Notes: a model not told the origin generated them from the sequence alone. 64,000 bases of DNA from Fimbriimonadales bacterium (GCA_045862955.1 BTVI01000013.1:1-64000); one strand, 5' to 3'; shown: positions 9,164 to 19,994, numbered from the stretch's first letter. Numbers and translations are program-made.

Positions 9164-10194
9164 CTGCTGATCGCCGCGAACGTGGCTCGGCACTGTTGAT
9201 CGCCCTGATCACGGTGGTGCTCGGCGCAACGGTAGGCGTGGCTGTGCTCGAGTTCGCCTCCTCCGCGTACGCCAGGTCGGTGCGCGACTCGCGTCTGCAG
9301 CGCCTACGTAACATTGCCGAAGCGGGCATCGCACGCGCGAGATACGAGATGGCTGCGCAGCAGTCGACCACCGTTAGTGTGTCGGGAAGCTGCGCTGGCG
9401 GGACCTATGCGGTCAGCACTGCGTTAGAGCCGAGACCATCCGGGTCTGTGAAGGTAACCTCGACAGCAACCGTAGATGGGCAGACACTAACGATCACGCG
9501 CGTTATCGGCCCTGGGTTTCGAATTCCACGGCCGTTCGACTACGCACTGTCGGTTAACGGGTTCGACTGGGACGATCACACGATCCAGACTGGAGTCAGT
9601 GGCTACCCATCTTCGGTGAGGCTTAACGGCGACCTGACCTGGGTAGCTGGCAGCTCGGTCAACGGCGACCTGCTGTTGACTGGAAGGATTCTGGGGTCCC
9701 GCCCATCGGTCTCCGGCACCACAACGGAAAGCGCTCCCGCGTTGTGGTTCCCCACCTATGCCCTTGCAGACTATCAGGCCGTAGGCCTCGTCTACATGGG
9801 CAACCTGACGCTGCCGGTTCTCTCGTTTCCGGGCAACAACCTTGTCATCGTTGTGACGGGCAACCTGACGCTGGACGGGGGCACCACCAGCGGTTCCGGG
9901 ATTGTTGTCGTCGGTGGAACACTTCGCTTTCGGGCGGCGGCGAATCGGTTCGGAACAGGCTCGCGTTGGGTGTACCTGGCCAACAAGGTGACGGTGGATG
10001 GTCCGGTGCGCGACCTCGATGGCTTCTTCTATACGCCCGGTATCTTCGAGACCAAGGGGACGCTCAATGTCGTAGGGAGCATCGCTTGCCAGGAGCTAAT
10101 CACGGGAGGCACCCTGCGGATCAATCACGATCCGGCGTTCGTGACCGATCCCGAACTGGGCTGGACGATGAAGGTCCCTAGCTACTGGCCCTAG
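9160..10194 (+). CDS. PilX/GspK-like minor pilin with C-terminal beta-solenoid-like region
   Basis: ERG/SALLIAL (no Glu5, typical of PilX/GspK), AEAGI motif, repeated GNLTL/GIVVVGG strands. Confidence 0.8.
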   Translation: MTADRRERGSALLIALITVVLGATVGVAVLEFASSAYARSVRDSRLQRLRNIAEAGIARARYEMAAQQSTTVSVSGSCAGGTYAVSTALEPRPSGSVKVTSTATVDGQTLTITRVIGPGFRIPRPFDYALSVNGFDWDDHTIQTGVSGYPSSVRLNGDLTWVAGSSVNGDLLLTGRILGSRPSVSGTTTESAPALWFPTYALADYQAVGLVYMGNLTLPVLSFPGNNLVIVVTGNLTLDGGTTSGSGIVVVGGTLRFRAAANRFGTGSRWVYLANKVTVDGPVRDLDGFFYTPGIFETKGTLNVVGSIACQELITGGTLRINHDPAFVTDPELGWTMKVPSYWP

Positions 10195-10318
10195 CCGAAG
10201 GAGGCCAGTTCCGCCCGCCGAACACAGTATTCCAGGCTGCATGAGGCGAAGGCGACTACGTGCCACCGACCTCCCGTGGCCACTTACAATCCTGGCAGAG
10301 TGAGGGTAGCCGCCGCGT

Positions 10319-12319
10319 ATGAGCGACATTGACACCTTGTGCATCAACACGATACGGACGCTGGCGATGGACGCCGTCCAGAAGGCAAAGTCGGGACACC
10401 CCGGGGCGCCGATGGGTCTCGCGCCGGTGGGCTATCACCTGTTTCGCCGGGTGCTTCGCTTTGACCCGGACGACCCGGAGTGGCCTACACGCGACCGTTT
10501 CGTGCTCTCTTGCGGTCACGCCTCCATGCTGCTATATGCACTGCTGCACCTTTTCGGCTACGACCTGAGTCTGGATGATCTGCAGCGCTTCCGGCAGTGG
10601 GGAAGCAAGACGCCGGGCCATCCAGAGTACGGCCATGCTCCAGGGGTGGAAGTTACCACGGGGCCACTCGGCCAAGGATTCGGAGCAGCCGTGGGAATGG
10701 CGATGGCACAAGCGTGGTTGGCCGCCCGGTTCTCACGCCCCGGTTACAGCGATTTGTTCGACTACCACGTGTATGTGCTGTGCTCCGATGGTGACTTGAT
10801 GGAGGGTGTCAGCTCCGAGGCCGCATCTCTAGCAGGGCACCTACGCCTCGGCAACATGATCGCCATCTACGATGATAACCGTATCACTATCGAGGGGAGT
10901 ACCGATCTTGCGTTCTCCGAAGACGTATGTGCAAGGTTCGCGGCGTATGGATGGCATGTGCAAAGTGTGGAAGACGCCAATGACCTGAGTGCGTTGGCGA
11001 CTTCCGTAGAGCGTGCGCGCGCAGAGATCGCGAGACCCTCGCTGATCCGAGTGCGCTCGCACATCGCTTATGGCAGCCCTAACAAGCAGGATTCTGCAGA
11101 GGCGCACGGTGCACCCCTCGGCGAGGACGAGGTGGCGCTAACGAAGGAACGTCTTGGTTGGCCTGCGCAAGAGCAGTTCTACGTTCCCGACGCAGCGCGC
11201 GCGGAGATGTTGCGGGCGGCGGAGGCAGGACGACAAACCCATGCTATGTGGTTAGAGGCGTTCGGAAGGTACGCGAAGGAGTATCCATCGGAGGCTAGGG
11301 AGTATCAGGATTGGATGGCGGGTAAGCTGCCGGATGCCTGGGAGGAATCGCTGCTACGGTTTGGTCCCGAAGAGGGGCCAATGGCAACACGCGTAGCCTC
11401 CGGCAAGGTTATCAACGCTCTGGCGTCGGTACTACCCAATCTGATAGGTGGATCGGCGGATCTGGCACCCTCTACGAACACGCTGATCAAGGGGGCGGAA
11501 GACTTTGGCAAGGACTGCCGGACCGGCCGCAACCTGCGGTTCGGGGTAAGAGAGCATGCGATGGGAGCTGCGCTGCATGGAATGGCGCTAGCCGGTGGCG
11601 TGATACCCTACGGCGCTACGTTTCTGGTTTTCAGCGATTATATGCGACCACCCATTCGATTGGCGGCGATGTCTGGCAAGCGGATCATCCTGGTGTTCAC
11701 TCACGATAGCATCGCTTTGGGTGAGGACGGACCGACGCACCAGCCGATAGAGCACCTCGCGTCGCTACGAGCAATACCGAACATGAGGGTGGTCCGCCCT
11801 GCCGATGCCAACGAGGTGGCGGAAGGCTGGCGAATAGCCATCTCGACTCGGGACAGGCCCGTGGCGCTCGTCCTCAGCCGACAGAACCTGCCTATCCTAG
11901 ACCGTACCAAGCTCGCACCGGCCGAGGGTGTTCGGCGCGGAGGATACGTACTTGCCGACTTCGGCGCGGGGAGCCCTAGTGTCATTCTGCTGGCGTCGGG
12001 GTCGGAGGTGCACGTAGCACTCGAGGCCGCTCACCGCCTCGAAGCGGACGGAATCGCTTGTCGGGTAGTCAACCTCGCGAGCTGGGACCTGTTCGACGAG
12101 CAGGATGAGGAGTACCGCAGTCGGGTGTTACCTCCGAGTGTGCAGGCAAGGGTGGCAATCGAAGCAGCCTCACCGCTCGGGTGGGAGCGCTACGTCGGCA
12201 CACGTGGCACGATCCTCGCGATGCGCACGTTTGGAGCTTCTGCTCCTGCAGCAGAAGTTGCGCGCCGGTTCGGTTTCACTGCCGAGGATATTGTGGAAGC
12301 AGCAAGGAGGCTCATCTAG
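10319..12319 (+). CDS. tkt: Transketolase
   Basis: [53 protein letters not shown]. Confidence 0.99.
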   Translation: MSDIDTLCINTIRTLAMDAVQKAKSGHPGAPMGLAPVGYHLFRRVLRFDPDDPEWPTRDRFVLSCGHASMLLYALLHLFGYDLSLDDLQRFRQWGSKTPGHPEYGHAPGVEVTTGPLGQGFGAAVGMAMAQAWLAARFSRPGYSDLFDYHVYVLCSDGDLMEGVSSEAASLAGHLRLGNMIAIYDDNRITIEGSTDLAFSEDVCARFAAYGWHVQSVEDANDLSALATSVERARAEIARPSLIRVRSHIAYGSPNKQDSAEAHGAPLGEDEVALTKERLGWPAQEQFYVPDAARAEMLRAAEAGRQTHAMWLEAFGRYAKEYPSEAREYQDWMAGKLPDAWEESLLRFGPEEGPMATRVASGKVINALASVLPNLIGGSADLAPSTNTLIKGAEDFGKDCRTGRNLRFGVREHAMGAALHGMALAGGVIPYGATFLVFSDYMRPPIRLAAMSGKRIILVFTHDSIALGEDGPTHQPIEHLASLRAIPNMRVVRPADANEVAEGWRIAISTRDRPVALVLSRQNLPILDRTKLAPAEGVRRGGYVLADFGAGSPSVILLASGSEVHVALEAAHRLEADGIACRVVNLASWDLFDEQDEEYRSRVLPPSVQARVAIEAASPLGWERYVGTRGTILAMRTFGASAPAAEVARRFGFTAEDIVEAARRLI

Positions 12320-12323
12320 CCAG

Positions 12324-13100
12324 ATGAGACGCTCTCGCATCCCCATCCTCCGCATCGTCGAGCTACACGAGGACTTCCCGGGAATCGTTGCCGCGCAGAT
12401 TGCACGCAAGATCAACTCGGTCGTAGAGCAGAAGGGTGCTGCTGTGCTGGCGCTCGGTGCGGAGGACGTAGTGAGCCCAGTGCGATTGCGTCTCGCCGAA
12501 TCGCACGTGCACGACGTTCCCTGGCAACACGTTTTCGTCTACCAGGTGTGCGAACGGATGTGGAGCAGCGAGCACGGCGGCTGCTTGTACGACCGGCTTT
12601 GGGCCGAGCTTCTATCACCGGTGGGTGTTCCCTCGGCAAACGTGCATCGCATCCGGGGAGACGCATCGGATGCCGGCTCCGAGGTGCGCAGATATGAGGA
12701 GCAGCTTCTTGGCCGTGTTAGCGGCGAGGCAGACGAGAACCTCTTCGACCTCGTATTGCTGGGTGTCGAGTCGGATGGCGGAGTGGCCGGACTGCGACCG
12801 GACGCCGAGGCAGTACTGACATCGCATCGCTATGTGGCATCGTGCCAGCTGTCCCCGTCCGGCAACCGGGGCTTCAGCCTTACCCCTACGGCGCTCAATC
12901 GATCCGATAGCATCTGGCTGATTGCGACCGGCTCCCAAGTCGCGGTGGCCGTCCTCGATACGCTCGAAGGCGATATCGAGCCCGCCAAGCACCCGCTTCA
13001 AGCGCTGCGGCCCGTTGGTGGAGAGTTGGTGTGGTTCCTCGATACCGCCGCAGCCCAACGACTGGGTGTCTTGGCAAAGGATGCCCGCGCTCTGATATAG
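12324..13100 (+). CDS. pgl: 6-phosphogluconolactonase (DevB/Pgl)-family protein with a degenerate active site
   Basis: VPW..V.VY..ER, NVHRI, FDLVLLG..DG, LVWFLD.AAA; directly downstream of tkt; DGH is replaced by DGG. Confidence 0.75.
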   Translation: MRRSRIPILRIVELHEDFPGIVAAQIARKINSVVEQKGAAVLALGAEDVVSPVRLRLAESHVHDVPWQHVFVYQVCERMWSSEHGGCLYDRLWAELLSPVGVPSANVHRIRGDASDAGSEVRRYEEQLLGRVSGEADENLFDLVLLGVESDGGVAGLRPDAEAVLTSHRYVASCQLSPSGNRGFSLTPTALNRSDSIWLIATGSQVAVAVLDTLEGDIEPAKHPLQALRPVGGELVWFLDTAAAQRLGVLAKDARALI

Positions 13101-13136
13101 AGTGCGGCCCTCACCTCGCGATGAGGGCCGCACTCT
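13099..13136. terminator. Hairpin between convergent genes, probable bidirectional terminator
   Basis: Perfect 15-bp inverted repeat AGAGTGCGGCCCTCA / TGAGGGCCGCACTCT with an 8-nt loop. Confidence 0.75.
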
Positions 13137-13153
13137 CTGCGAGCGTGCGGAGC

Positions 13154-16100
13154 TTAAGGTGTTCCAGATTGGCCGAAGTAGACCAGGCAGATGTTCAAGT
13201 CTGGCAGGTCGACGAATCCGGATCCGTTGACGTCGGTCGGGCAGCTGCCCGACGAGCCGAAGTTCAGTAGGACGACGTTCAGGTCGTCGAGCGTGACGGC
13301 GTTGTAGCTAAGACCCGCAGGATTGGCGTCACCAGCGCGAATGCCGGCGCCAAGATGCCCGTCTACTAGTGCGATGCTGGTCGGGCAGCCGGTGACGGCC
13401 ACGCTGTCCGACTTCGCGGCGAGGAAGCCGCAGGGCTTGACCCACACATCATACACGCCGAAAAGGACGTTGCTGATGGTGATGCGGCCTTGCGCGTTCA
13501 GCGTTCCACTCACCGTTCGGACGGGTGTCGTGGTGCCGGGGTAGCGCAGCTGCACCTCGACCGGCAGGCCGTTGACGGAGCCGATGAACTGCGGATCCAG
13601 CTTGACCTCCACTGTTAGGTTGCAGGTTTGAGGGACGGCCGTCGGGGTGTAGACCATGGCGACGTCCGCCACCTTGGTGGTTGCGCGGAAGCTCTCGCCG
13701 GCGGCGAAGGTCTTGGGCGAGGTAATCGGGATTCCCCCCTCGTCTGCCAGGCCGGATATCAGGGTGCTAGGCGCCCCGAACACGCTCTGCATGCTGCCGG
13801 TATCGGAGGCCCAGAGCTGGTTGGCGGGACCGTTGTCGTCCCACAGCACGGTCTTGCCGATGTACGAGATGCCGACCAGTTGCTGGCTTCCCGGCGAAGG
13901 CAGCATTCCGTACCAGCGTGGTAGGTCGTCGAGGTTGAAGGTCTGCTGGTTGCCAGCTAGGTCGAGGGCGGTACCGGTCGTGAGGCCGTTGTAGCTGAAG
14001 CTGGTGGCCGTTCCCGGAGGGTCGATCTGGTACGCCTCACCGAGCTGCAGGAACTCGAGGCCCTTGTACCAAGGATCACCGGGACTGGGCAAGCCGCTGT
14101 ACAACCCGCCATTGAACAATCGTCGGGCGTTCAGCCCAGGTGGGATGATGTTGGGAGAGTAGGTGGTGGCCGGTGCCGGCAGCGTCACGAGCTGCTGTCC
14201 AGCCGCAACAGGTACGTTGACCACTGAGGTCGGAGGGTTCTTCAGGATCTCCGACAGGCTGCGAACCCACAGCGTCCGAACCACCCTCGGGTCCGCGTTG
14301 GTGTAGTAGTTGCCGGATAGGACACCGGTGGCGATCACCGTGTCCCCGGGGACCAACCAGTCTGTTAGGTCCGGCTCCGCAGTGAGCCGGTCGTCCACCT
14401 TGATTGCGATGCGCCCGGTGCCGTCATCGATGTCTACGAAGCTCTGGAACGGACTACCAATGAGCGTGGAAGGTGATGCAGTGACGCGTCCAACAACCGT
14501 CGCAAGGACGCCCTGATTCGGTACGAACGAAGCCGGAAGGGTCTGTCCGACCGTCGGGTCGTGGAACTCGGGACTCACATTGTTAGTGTTCATCAGGACG
14601 GGAGCCGGAACCGGGTTGCCCGTGGATACGATGCTGACGAACGTAGTGCGCGAGTTGATCTCGCGGTTCCCGCGGAAGTTCAGCAGGGTGCCGGCTACGT
14701 TCAGCGCATCACCGCGAGCCGCGATCGGAGAACCCTTACTGCCGTCCGGCAAGTACACACACTGACCGGCCGGTACGAATGGGTCCTGCACCCACAGCTG
14801 GCTGGTGGAAGAGAGCCACGATCCTGCATCGTTCTCGGCGCAGGTCACGATGGGATTGATGGTGCCGGGGATGGACGCGTCAATGGCCACGGGGTAGCCG
14901 TCGGGCAGGTTATTAATGACTGCCTTCAGGGCAGCGACAGACTTGAACGGCACGGCGTTGATTACCGGCGAGAACACATGAGAGGTGTTGAGGAAGAAGT
15001 CGACACCGGTGTTCTGATACCGAATAATGGGCGAGAGGATTCCCTTCCGCGCCGGTCCGCCTAGCTTGAACGTTCCTTTATAGATGCTGGAACCAGGTGA
15101 CGTTGGCGGGAGTACGAGACTGGTAATCGGCACACCAGTAACGGCGTCCAGTGCCCCACCGGGTCCGAGGACACCGAGATCCAGCGTAACGGTTGCACCG
15201 CCCGGATTGAATTCCAGAGCGTTGACCGTCACGTCCACCTTCGAGCCTGGAAGGGGTGGCTGATTGGCCTGAAGAGCCACAGTAGAGTAAGTGACACGGT
15301 TGGCGGGCCCACCGCTGGCCGCGATGTCCGACTGATATCTCGCTTGCACGCCGGTGCAGTTCCAAATGTCGGTACCCTGAAGCAGCAGGTGGCTGTTCAC
15401 GACGCCGTAGACCGGATCGCTATTCCCGGGCGGTAGGACGCTGCAGTCGATCGGGATTGGCGTCTCGCCAGTACCTAGCGAAGGCCGAGTGTTGACAAAG
15501 ACCGCGGCCGCGTTCAACGAACTGTTAGCACTGCTATCGGCGACGATGAACCCGACCTTGCTGTTGTTGTATGACTGCTGAATGTTGTTGGGATTCAGCA
15601 TGTCATACTTGAACCCGTGAAGCTCGACTAACATGCCGAGCAGTGGATTGACTATCAGGTTGCCCTGACCGAACCCGACAACGCCTTTGCGAGAGTGCTG
15701 GTCCACCAAGCCTGCAGTCGCAGAGGACGGGAACTTGCTGTACGGGAACGCAGCGAGTGTGCTCGGCGAGATAACCGTAGGCGCGACGTAGTTGTTCTCG
15801 GATAACACTTGCATGATGGGGAACAACGTGCCGTCACGCATGTCGATGATTGGCTCGTTGCCAATCGTGAGCGAAAAGATGGCAGAGATCGTTCCGTAGC
15901 TAATGGTCGCATAACCCTTGACACGGACCCTGTCGCCCTCTCGTGGAAATCCGTATAGCTGACGGTCAGCAAAGGACAAAGGGAATGCGCCGTTCGGGAT
16001 GCTGCCATAGTTGCTGCCGAACACCACCTTGATGGCGTTGCTGTAGACGGTGCCACCGATATTCCGGTTCGCGGATGGATCCTGGATCACCATAGCACCG

Positions 16101-16336
16101 AACGAGACGCCCTCTTGTGCCAGAGGGGGACTTTCCGTAGAGCGATAGAACTTGGGCGGTGACACCACGATCCCTTCGACCTCGACGACCTGTGGTGCCG
16201 CGTTGTTGTTGTACGCGTCGTAGGCTAGCTTGTTCGCCTGTGACGTCGTCTCGAGCGCATAGCTTGCGACGATGGCGGTGAGGGCAGCTAGGGATATCCC
16301 GAGCCGCACCACACCGCATGCGAGAGCTCTGGACAT
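13154..16336 (-). CDS. Large secreted/surface protein (~1060 aa) with tandem OB-fold-like repeats and a C-terminal dockerin-like module
   Basis: AAGGAG SD; signal peptide; repeats VEVEGIVV..IQD..GDRVRVKG, WVQD..GDALNVAG, IDDGTG..GDTVIATG; C-terminal GDAN..V.LDDLN.VL.NFG..DVNGSG.VDLPDL. Confidence 0.85.
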   Translation of the reverse strand: MSRALACGVVRLGISLAALTAIVASYALETTSQANKLAYDAYNNNAAPQVVEVEGIVVSPPKFYRSTESPPLAQEGVSFGAMVIQDPSANRNIGGTVYSNAIKVVFGSNYGSIPNGAFPLSFADRQLYGFPREGDRVRVKGYATISYGTISAIFSLTIGNEPIIDMRDGTLFPIMQVLSENNYVAPTVISPSTLAAFPYSKFPSSATAGLVDQHSRKGVVGFGQGNLIVNPLLGMLVELHGFKYDMLNPNNIQQSYNNSKVGFIVADSSANSSLNAAAVFVNTRPSLGTGETPIPIDCSVLPPGNSDPVYGVVNSHLLLQGTDIWNCTGVQARYQSDIAASGGPANRVTYSTVALQANQPPLPGSKVDVTVNALEFNPGGATVTLDLGVLGPGGALDAVTGVPITSLVLPPTSPGSSIYKGTFKLGGPARKGILSPIIRYQNTGVDFFLNTSHVFSPVINAVPFKSVAALKAVINNLPDGYPVAIDASIPGTINPIVTCAENDAGSWLSSTSQLWVQDPFVPAGQCVYLPDGSKGSPIAARGDALNVAGTLLNFRGNREINSRTTFVSIVSTGNPVPAPVLMNTNNVSPEFHDPTVGQTLPASFVPNQGVLATVVGRVTASPSTLIGSPFQSFVDIDDGTGRIAIKVDDRLTAEPDLTDWLVPGDTVIATGVLSGNYYTNADPRVVRTLWVRSLSEILKNPPTSVVNVPVAAGQQLVTLPAPATTYSPNIIPPGLNARRLFNGGLYSGLPSPGDPWYKGLEFLQLGEAYQIDPPGTATSFSYNGLTTGTALDLAGNQQTFNLDDLPRWYGMLPSPGSQQLVGISYIGKTVLWDDNGPANQLWASDTGSMQSVFGAPSTLISGLADEGGIPITSPKTFAAGESFRATTKVADVAMVYTPTAVPQTCNLTVEVKLDPQFIGSVNGLPVEVQLRYPGTTTPVRTVSGTLNAQGRITISNVLFGVYDVWVKPCGFLAAKSDSVAVTGCPTSIALVDGHLGAGIRAGDANPAGLSYNAVTLDDLNVVLLNFGSSGSCPTDVNGSGFVDLPDLNICLVYFGQSGTP

Positions 16337-16528
16337 GTGCATCTCCTTTGAGCAGAAGTTGATGTGGTTAGGGTGGACAAAGCAGGGAAGTGGAAACCGA
16401 AAGGCACGGCGTCCAGCCGCCAGTGACCAGATTCTTATGTCGTTCACTCTCTTTCGTTTCATAGCATTTCAAAGGAAGATAGGGGCAACCAAGATAGGGC
16501 GCGAGAAGCGTCCCGGCGGGCAGAATGC

Positions 16529-17470
16529 CTAATCTCTCAAGAGCGAGACATACCACTGATTGTCATCACGGGTCGGCACCCATGGATAGCGCTTGGGACG
16601 CTGTGCCTTGACGTGACCATCGCACATTAGGAAGTTGTTCATTTCGGTATGCCAAGGCTCGCCACCGCGATAGCTCCCCGTGCGGATCTCCTCGAACTCG
16701 TACACACCGTTGGGTTCTGATGGGCTCTGCTTCGGGTGGCCCATGAAGCCTTTGACGAAGGTGTAGCCCCCGCTCCGACGGGGAGAACCCAGATACGGTC
16801 CGCGGCTACTCATGCCCTCCACCGGGACGCCTTCATAGAGCAGTACGGTGTCACCGGGAACACGCAAGTATGAGTAGCGGAGTGGAATCTGAAATGGAAT
16901 CTGCGCGACGCTCGAATACGTGTTCTTGCCTATGGTGCCTTCGTAATAGCCGAAGTTCTGCTCCACCGACCCGATCTCCGGATGCGGGCTGCGCAGGTAC
17001 CAGTTCATGCCATAGCTTCGAATCGTGAGCTGCTTGAACGTGATACTCCCCCCGGATTGCGGAATGTCGGTCTCGTGGTAGAGAGGGAACAGCTTGGGGC
17101 ACGACCACACCGAGATGCCCTTCTTCTCGTCCGAGCTTCGATTCCGCATGTACGCGTTGAGACCACCGTTCGGGTTGGTGTCGGCCATGTCCCAGAAGGC
17201 CCCTTGGACGTTCAGCCCAGGCTCGTCGTTTTGCGCAGTGTCGTACTGATCGCGAGTTCCTGGCAGCGGCCACTTCTGACTGTAGTCGTTGCCGTAAAGA
17301 GTAAACGCGATTCCGAATTGCTTGAGATTGCTTGCGCAAGTAGCCTTGTGCGCTTGCTCACGGGCGCGGGCAAAAACGGGGAAGAGGATGGCCGCCAGGA
17401 TCGCGATGATTGCGATCACGACCAAGAGTTCGATGAGGGTGAATCCCCCCAAGGGCCTGATTGGCTTCAT
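16529..17470 (-). CDS. DUF1559-family prepilin with H-X9-DG C-terminal motif
   Basis: [61 protein letters not shown]. Confidence 0.93.
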   Translation of the reverse strand: MKPIRPLGGFTLIELLVVIAIIAILAAILFPVFARAREQAHKATCASNLKQFGIAFTLYGNDYSQKWPLPGTRDQYDTAQNDEPGLNVQGAFWDMADTNPNGGLNAYMRNRSSDEKKGISVWSCPKLFPLYHETDIPQSGGSITFKQLTIRSYGMNWYLRSPHPEIGSVEQNFGYYEGTIGKNTYSSVAQIPFQIPLRYSYLRVPGDTVLLYEGVPVEGMSSRGPYLGSPRRSGGYTFVKGFMGHPKQSPSEPNGVYEFEEIRTGSYRGGEPWHTEMNNFLMCDGHVKAQRPKRYPWVPTRDDNQWYVSLLRD

Positions 17471-17614
17471 CCACGCCTCCTTGCTCGAGTTACCAGTCCG
17501 ACCTTGTTGTACCACACGCGCAGGTTCGGAAGTCGTTAGTCTTCGGTGAACTTTTGGCGTAGAGGATCGGGGGTATACATACGCGACCCGAAACCGGGAC
17601 AAGGAGCTTTTTTT

Positions 17615-19405
17615 ATGGCCGCCAACGCACCTAATTGGAACCTCTCCGACCTATTCGACTCGCCTACAGACCCGAGAATCGAGACCGCCCTCGAGCAGGG
17701 ACTGACACGGGCGCAGCAGTTTGCCGCCAAATACCGTGGCAGGATTCGCTCTGAGAATCTTCAGGCCGATGAACTGCTAGCAGCACTCAGGGAATACGAG
17801 AGTCTGCTGCAGGAAAACAGTAAGCCGATGGAATTCGCTGGCCTCCTCTACGCTGCCAACACGGGGGACCCTGCGATCGCGAGATTTATGCAACTAATGC
17901 AGGAAAAGGCTACACAAATCTCGGTGGAGATCATGTTCTTCGCGCTCGAGCTTCTTGCGGCGGAAGAGGAGCACATCGAGAGGCTGCTCCGAGACCCAGC
18001 ACTCCAGAACTACGTCCACTTCGTCCGTGCGTCCCGCGCCTTCCGCGACTACACGCTGTCCGAGCCCGAAGAGCGGATTTTGGAAGAGTGCAAGAATTCG
18101 GGGTCTCGCGCCTTCGGCCGACTGTTCACCGAGGTGTTGTCGAATCACCGCTTCCGCTTCGAGCTTCGAGGTGAGGTCTCCGAGCAAACGGAGTCGGAGC
18201 TCCTCGATAAGCTGCGCTCGCCCGACAGGGAAGAGCGCCGAGCCGCGGCCGAGTCGCTTACCGTGGGCCTAGGCGAACTCGAGCGGGTCTTGGTGCACAC
18301 CTTCAACACGTTGCTACTCGACAAGGCAATCAACGACCGACTGCGCGGTCTTCCCACGCCGATGGAATCCCGACACATCAGCAACGAACTAGACAATGAC
18401 ACGGTCGAGATGGTGATGCAACTCTGTGAACAGGAGTACCCGCTCTGCGCACGGTACTACCGGCTGAAGAAGCAGATACTAGGACTCGACGAACTCACCC
18501 ATTACGATCGCTATGCTCCCCTGTTCGAAACCGAGTCGCGGGTGGACTGGGACCAGGCCGAGGAGATCGTGCTAACCAGCTTCGGCAAGTTCTCTCAAAC
18601 GATTCGCGAGCATGCAGAGAGGTTTTTCCGCAAGGGCTGGATTGACGCCGCCCCTGCCCCGGGGAAGATGGGCGGCGCTTTCTGTTCCTATGTCACGCCG
18701 GATCTGCACCCCTACGTGTTCCTCAACTACCACGGGAAGATGGATGACGTACTTACCTTGGCACACGAGTTGGGGCACGGCGTCCACGCGTCACTCTCCG
18801 CGGGGCAGACCTATCTCAACTACAGCGGGACCCTGCCGCTTGCCGAGCTCGCCAGTACCTTCGGAGAAATGCTCGTGTTCGATGCGCTCCAAGAGACCGC
18901 CACCCCTAGGGACCGTCTGGCAATGTACGCCGAGAGCATCGAGGGCGCTTTTGCCACCATCTTCCGACAGGCCGCGATGTACCGGTTCGAGCAAGATGTT
19001 CACATGCATCGGCGAGAGAAGGGAGAGATGACTGCCGAGGAAGTGGGAGCCTACTGGCAGTCCCGGCAGCAGGCCATGTTCGGCGATAGCGTAGTCCTGG
19101 GAGAAGACCATCGTCGTTGGTGGTCCTACGTGCCCCACTTCGTGCATTCGCCGTTCTACGTGTATGCGTACTCGTTCGGGGAACTGTTAGTGATGTCGCT
19201 CTACCGGATGGCGCTGGAGCAGGGCCCTGCGTTCGAGCCAAAATACGTCGCTTTGCTTCGGGCAGGCGGCAGCAAGAGCCCTCATGAACTCATGTCCAGC
19301 GTCGGGATCGATCTGCGCTCTCGAGACTTCTGGTTGGGGGGCTTTCGGGTCCTGGAAGACAGGATTCAGCGCTTCGAGAAGTTGTGGGAAGAGTTCGATG
19401 CCTAG
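17615..19405 (+). CDS. pepF: Oligoendopeptidase F (peptidase M3B)
   Basis: WNLSDL N-terminus, [13 protein letters not shown] zinc motif, [24 protein letters not shown]. Confidence 0.95.
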   Translation: MAANAPNWNLSDLFDSPTDPRIETALEQGLTRAQQFAAKYRGRIRSENLQADELLAALREYESLLQENSKPMEFAGLLYAANTGDPAIARFMQLMQEKATQISVEIMFFALELLAAEEEHIERLLRDPALQNYVHFVRASRAFRDYTLSEPEERILEECKNSGSRAFGRLFTEVLSNHRFRFELRGEVSEQTESELLDKLRSPDREERRAAAESLTVGLGELERVLVHTFNTLLLDKAINDRLRGLPTPMESRHISNELDNDTVEMVMQLCEQEYPLCARYYRLKKQILGLDELTHYDRYAPLFETESRVDWDQAEEIVLTSFGKFSQTIREHAERFFRKGWIDAAPAPGKMGGAFCSYVTPDLHPYVFLNYHGKMDDVLTLAHELGHGVHASLSAGQTYLNYSGTLPLAELASTFGEMLVFDALQETATPRDRLAMYAESIEGAFATIFRQAAMYRFEQDVHMHRREKGEMTAEEVGAYWQSRQQAMFGDSVVLGEDHRRWWSYVPHFVHSPFYVYAYSFGELLVMSLYRMALEQGPAFEPKYVALLRAGGSKSPHELMSSVGIDLRSRDFWLGGFRVLEDRIQRFEKLWEEFDA

Positions 19406-19419
19406 GACGGAGGAAGGGG

Positions 19420-19453
19420 AAAAAAGTTGGGCGGGAGCCTGGGGCTCCCGCCC
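19420..19453. terminator. Intrinsic terminator with its U-tract on the minus strand
   Basis: 11-bp GC stem 19429-19439 / 19443-19453; A6 at 19420-19425 reads as U6 after the stem on the minus strand. Confidence 0.8.
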
Positions 19454-19994
19454 CATGTTTCACTCTGACCAAGCGAAAAGCGCACCAAGCCGACCGGCCG
19501 ATGGGTTGGCCGGTCGCCACGTCATCGTGCTGCTCTCGTCGGTCGCGATGCGGCTACCGGAGGAACCGCGCACCCCGCATCGCGCACTGGAAACGCTTGG
19601 CAGAGCATGAGCCGGCTGGCAGGTTGTCGCACCGTCCGGGCGGGCATTCAGCCAGCGAGGCCCATAGACGACGAAATCGGATAGTCGGGACGGGGAAGTG
19701 ATGAAATGCCGCGTGCCGCGGAACCGACACGTGAACACTCTCGCGACAGCAGAAACAGTCGCCTCTAACCCGACATGGCTGCCGGGAGTCCACCATCCAG
19801 TATCCAAAACAATCTCTCCCTCGAGAGAATCCAATTCAGGCAACACAGTGCCGCTTCAACCGACCTCATGAGCCGGCTGCTACATCATATTACCGCAACT
19901 TTCAGCCTTTCGCCATAGCAGATTCGAAGATCTTGCTGTCGGCCCGGCAAGATTGCTGGAAAAGGCCCGAATTGGGCAGGCATCCACGCCTCGG

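Noticed and set aside
10319..13100. Impression of lower GC/different codon usage in tkt-pgl (horizontal transfer?)
   Set aside because: Could not be quantified by eye; no flanking repeats or mobility genes
19555..19790. TACCGGAGGAACCGC and AACCCGACA resemble parts of the c-di-AMP (ydaO) riboswitch
   Set aside because: The GCTGAATCC and GGGGTNAAT elements are absent, and the spacing is inconsistent
19780..19795. GGGAGTCCACCA resembles a tRNA/tmRNA 3' end
   Set aside because: No T-arm (GTTCGA) or matching acceptor 5' strand
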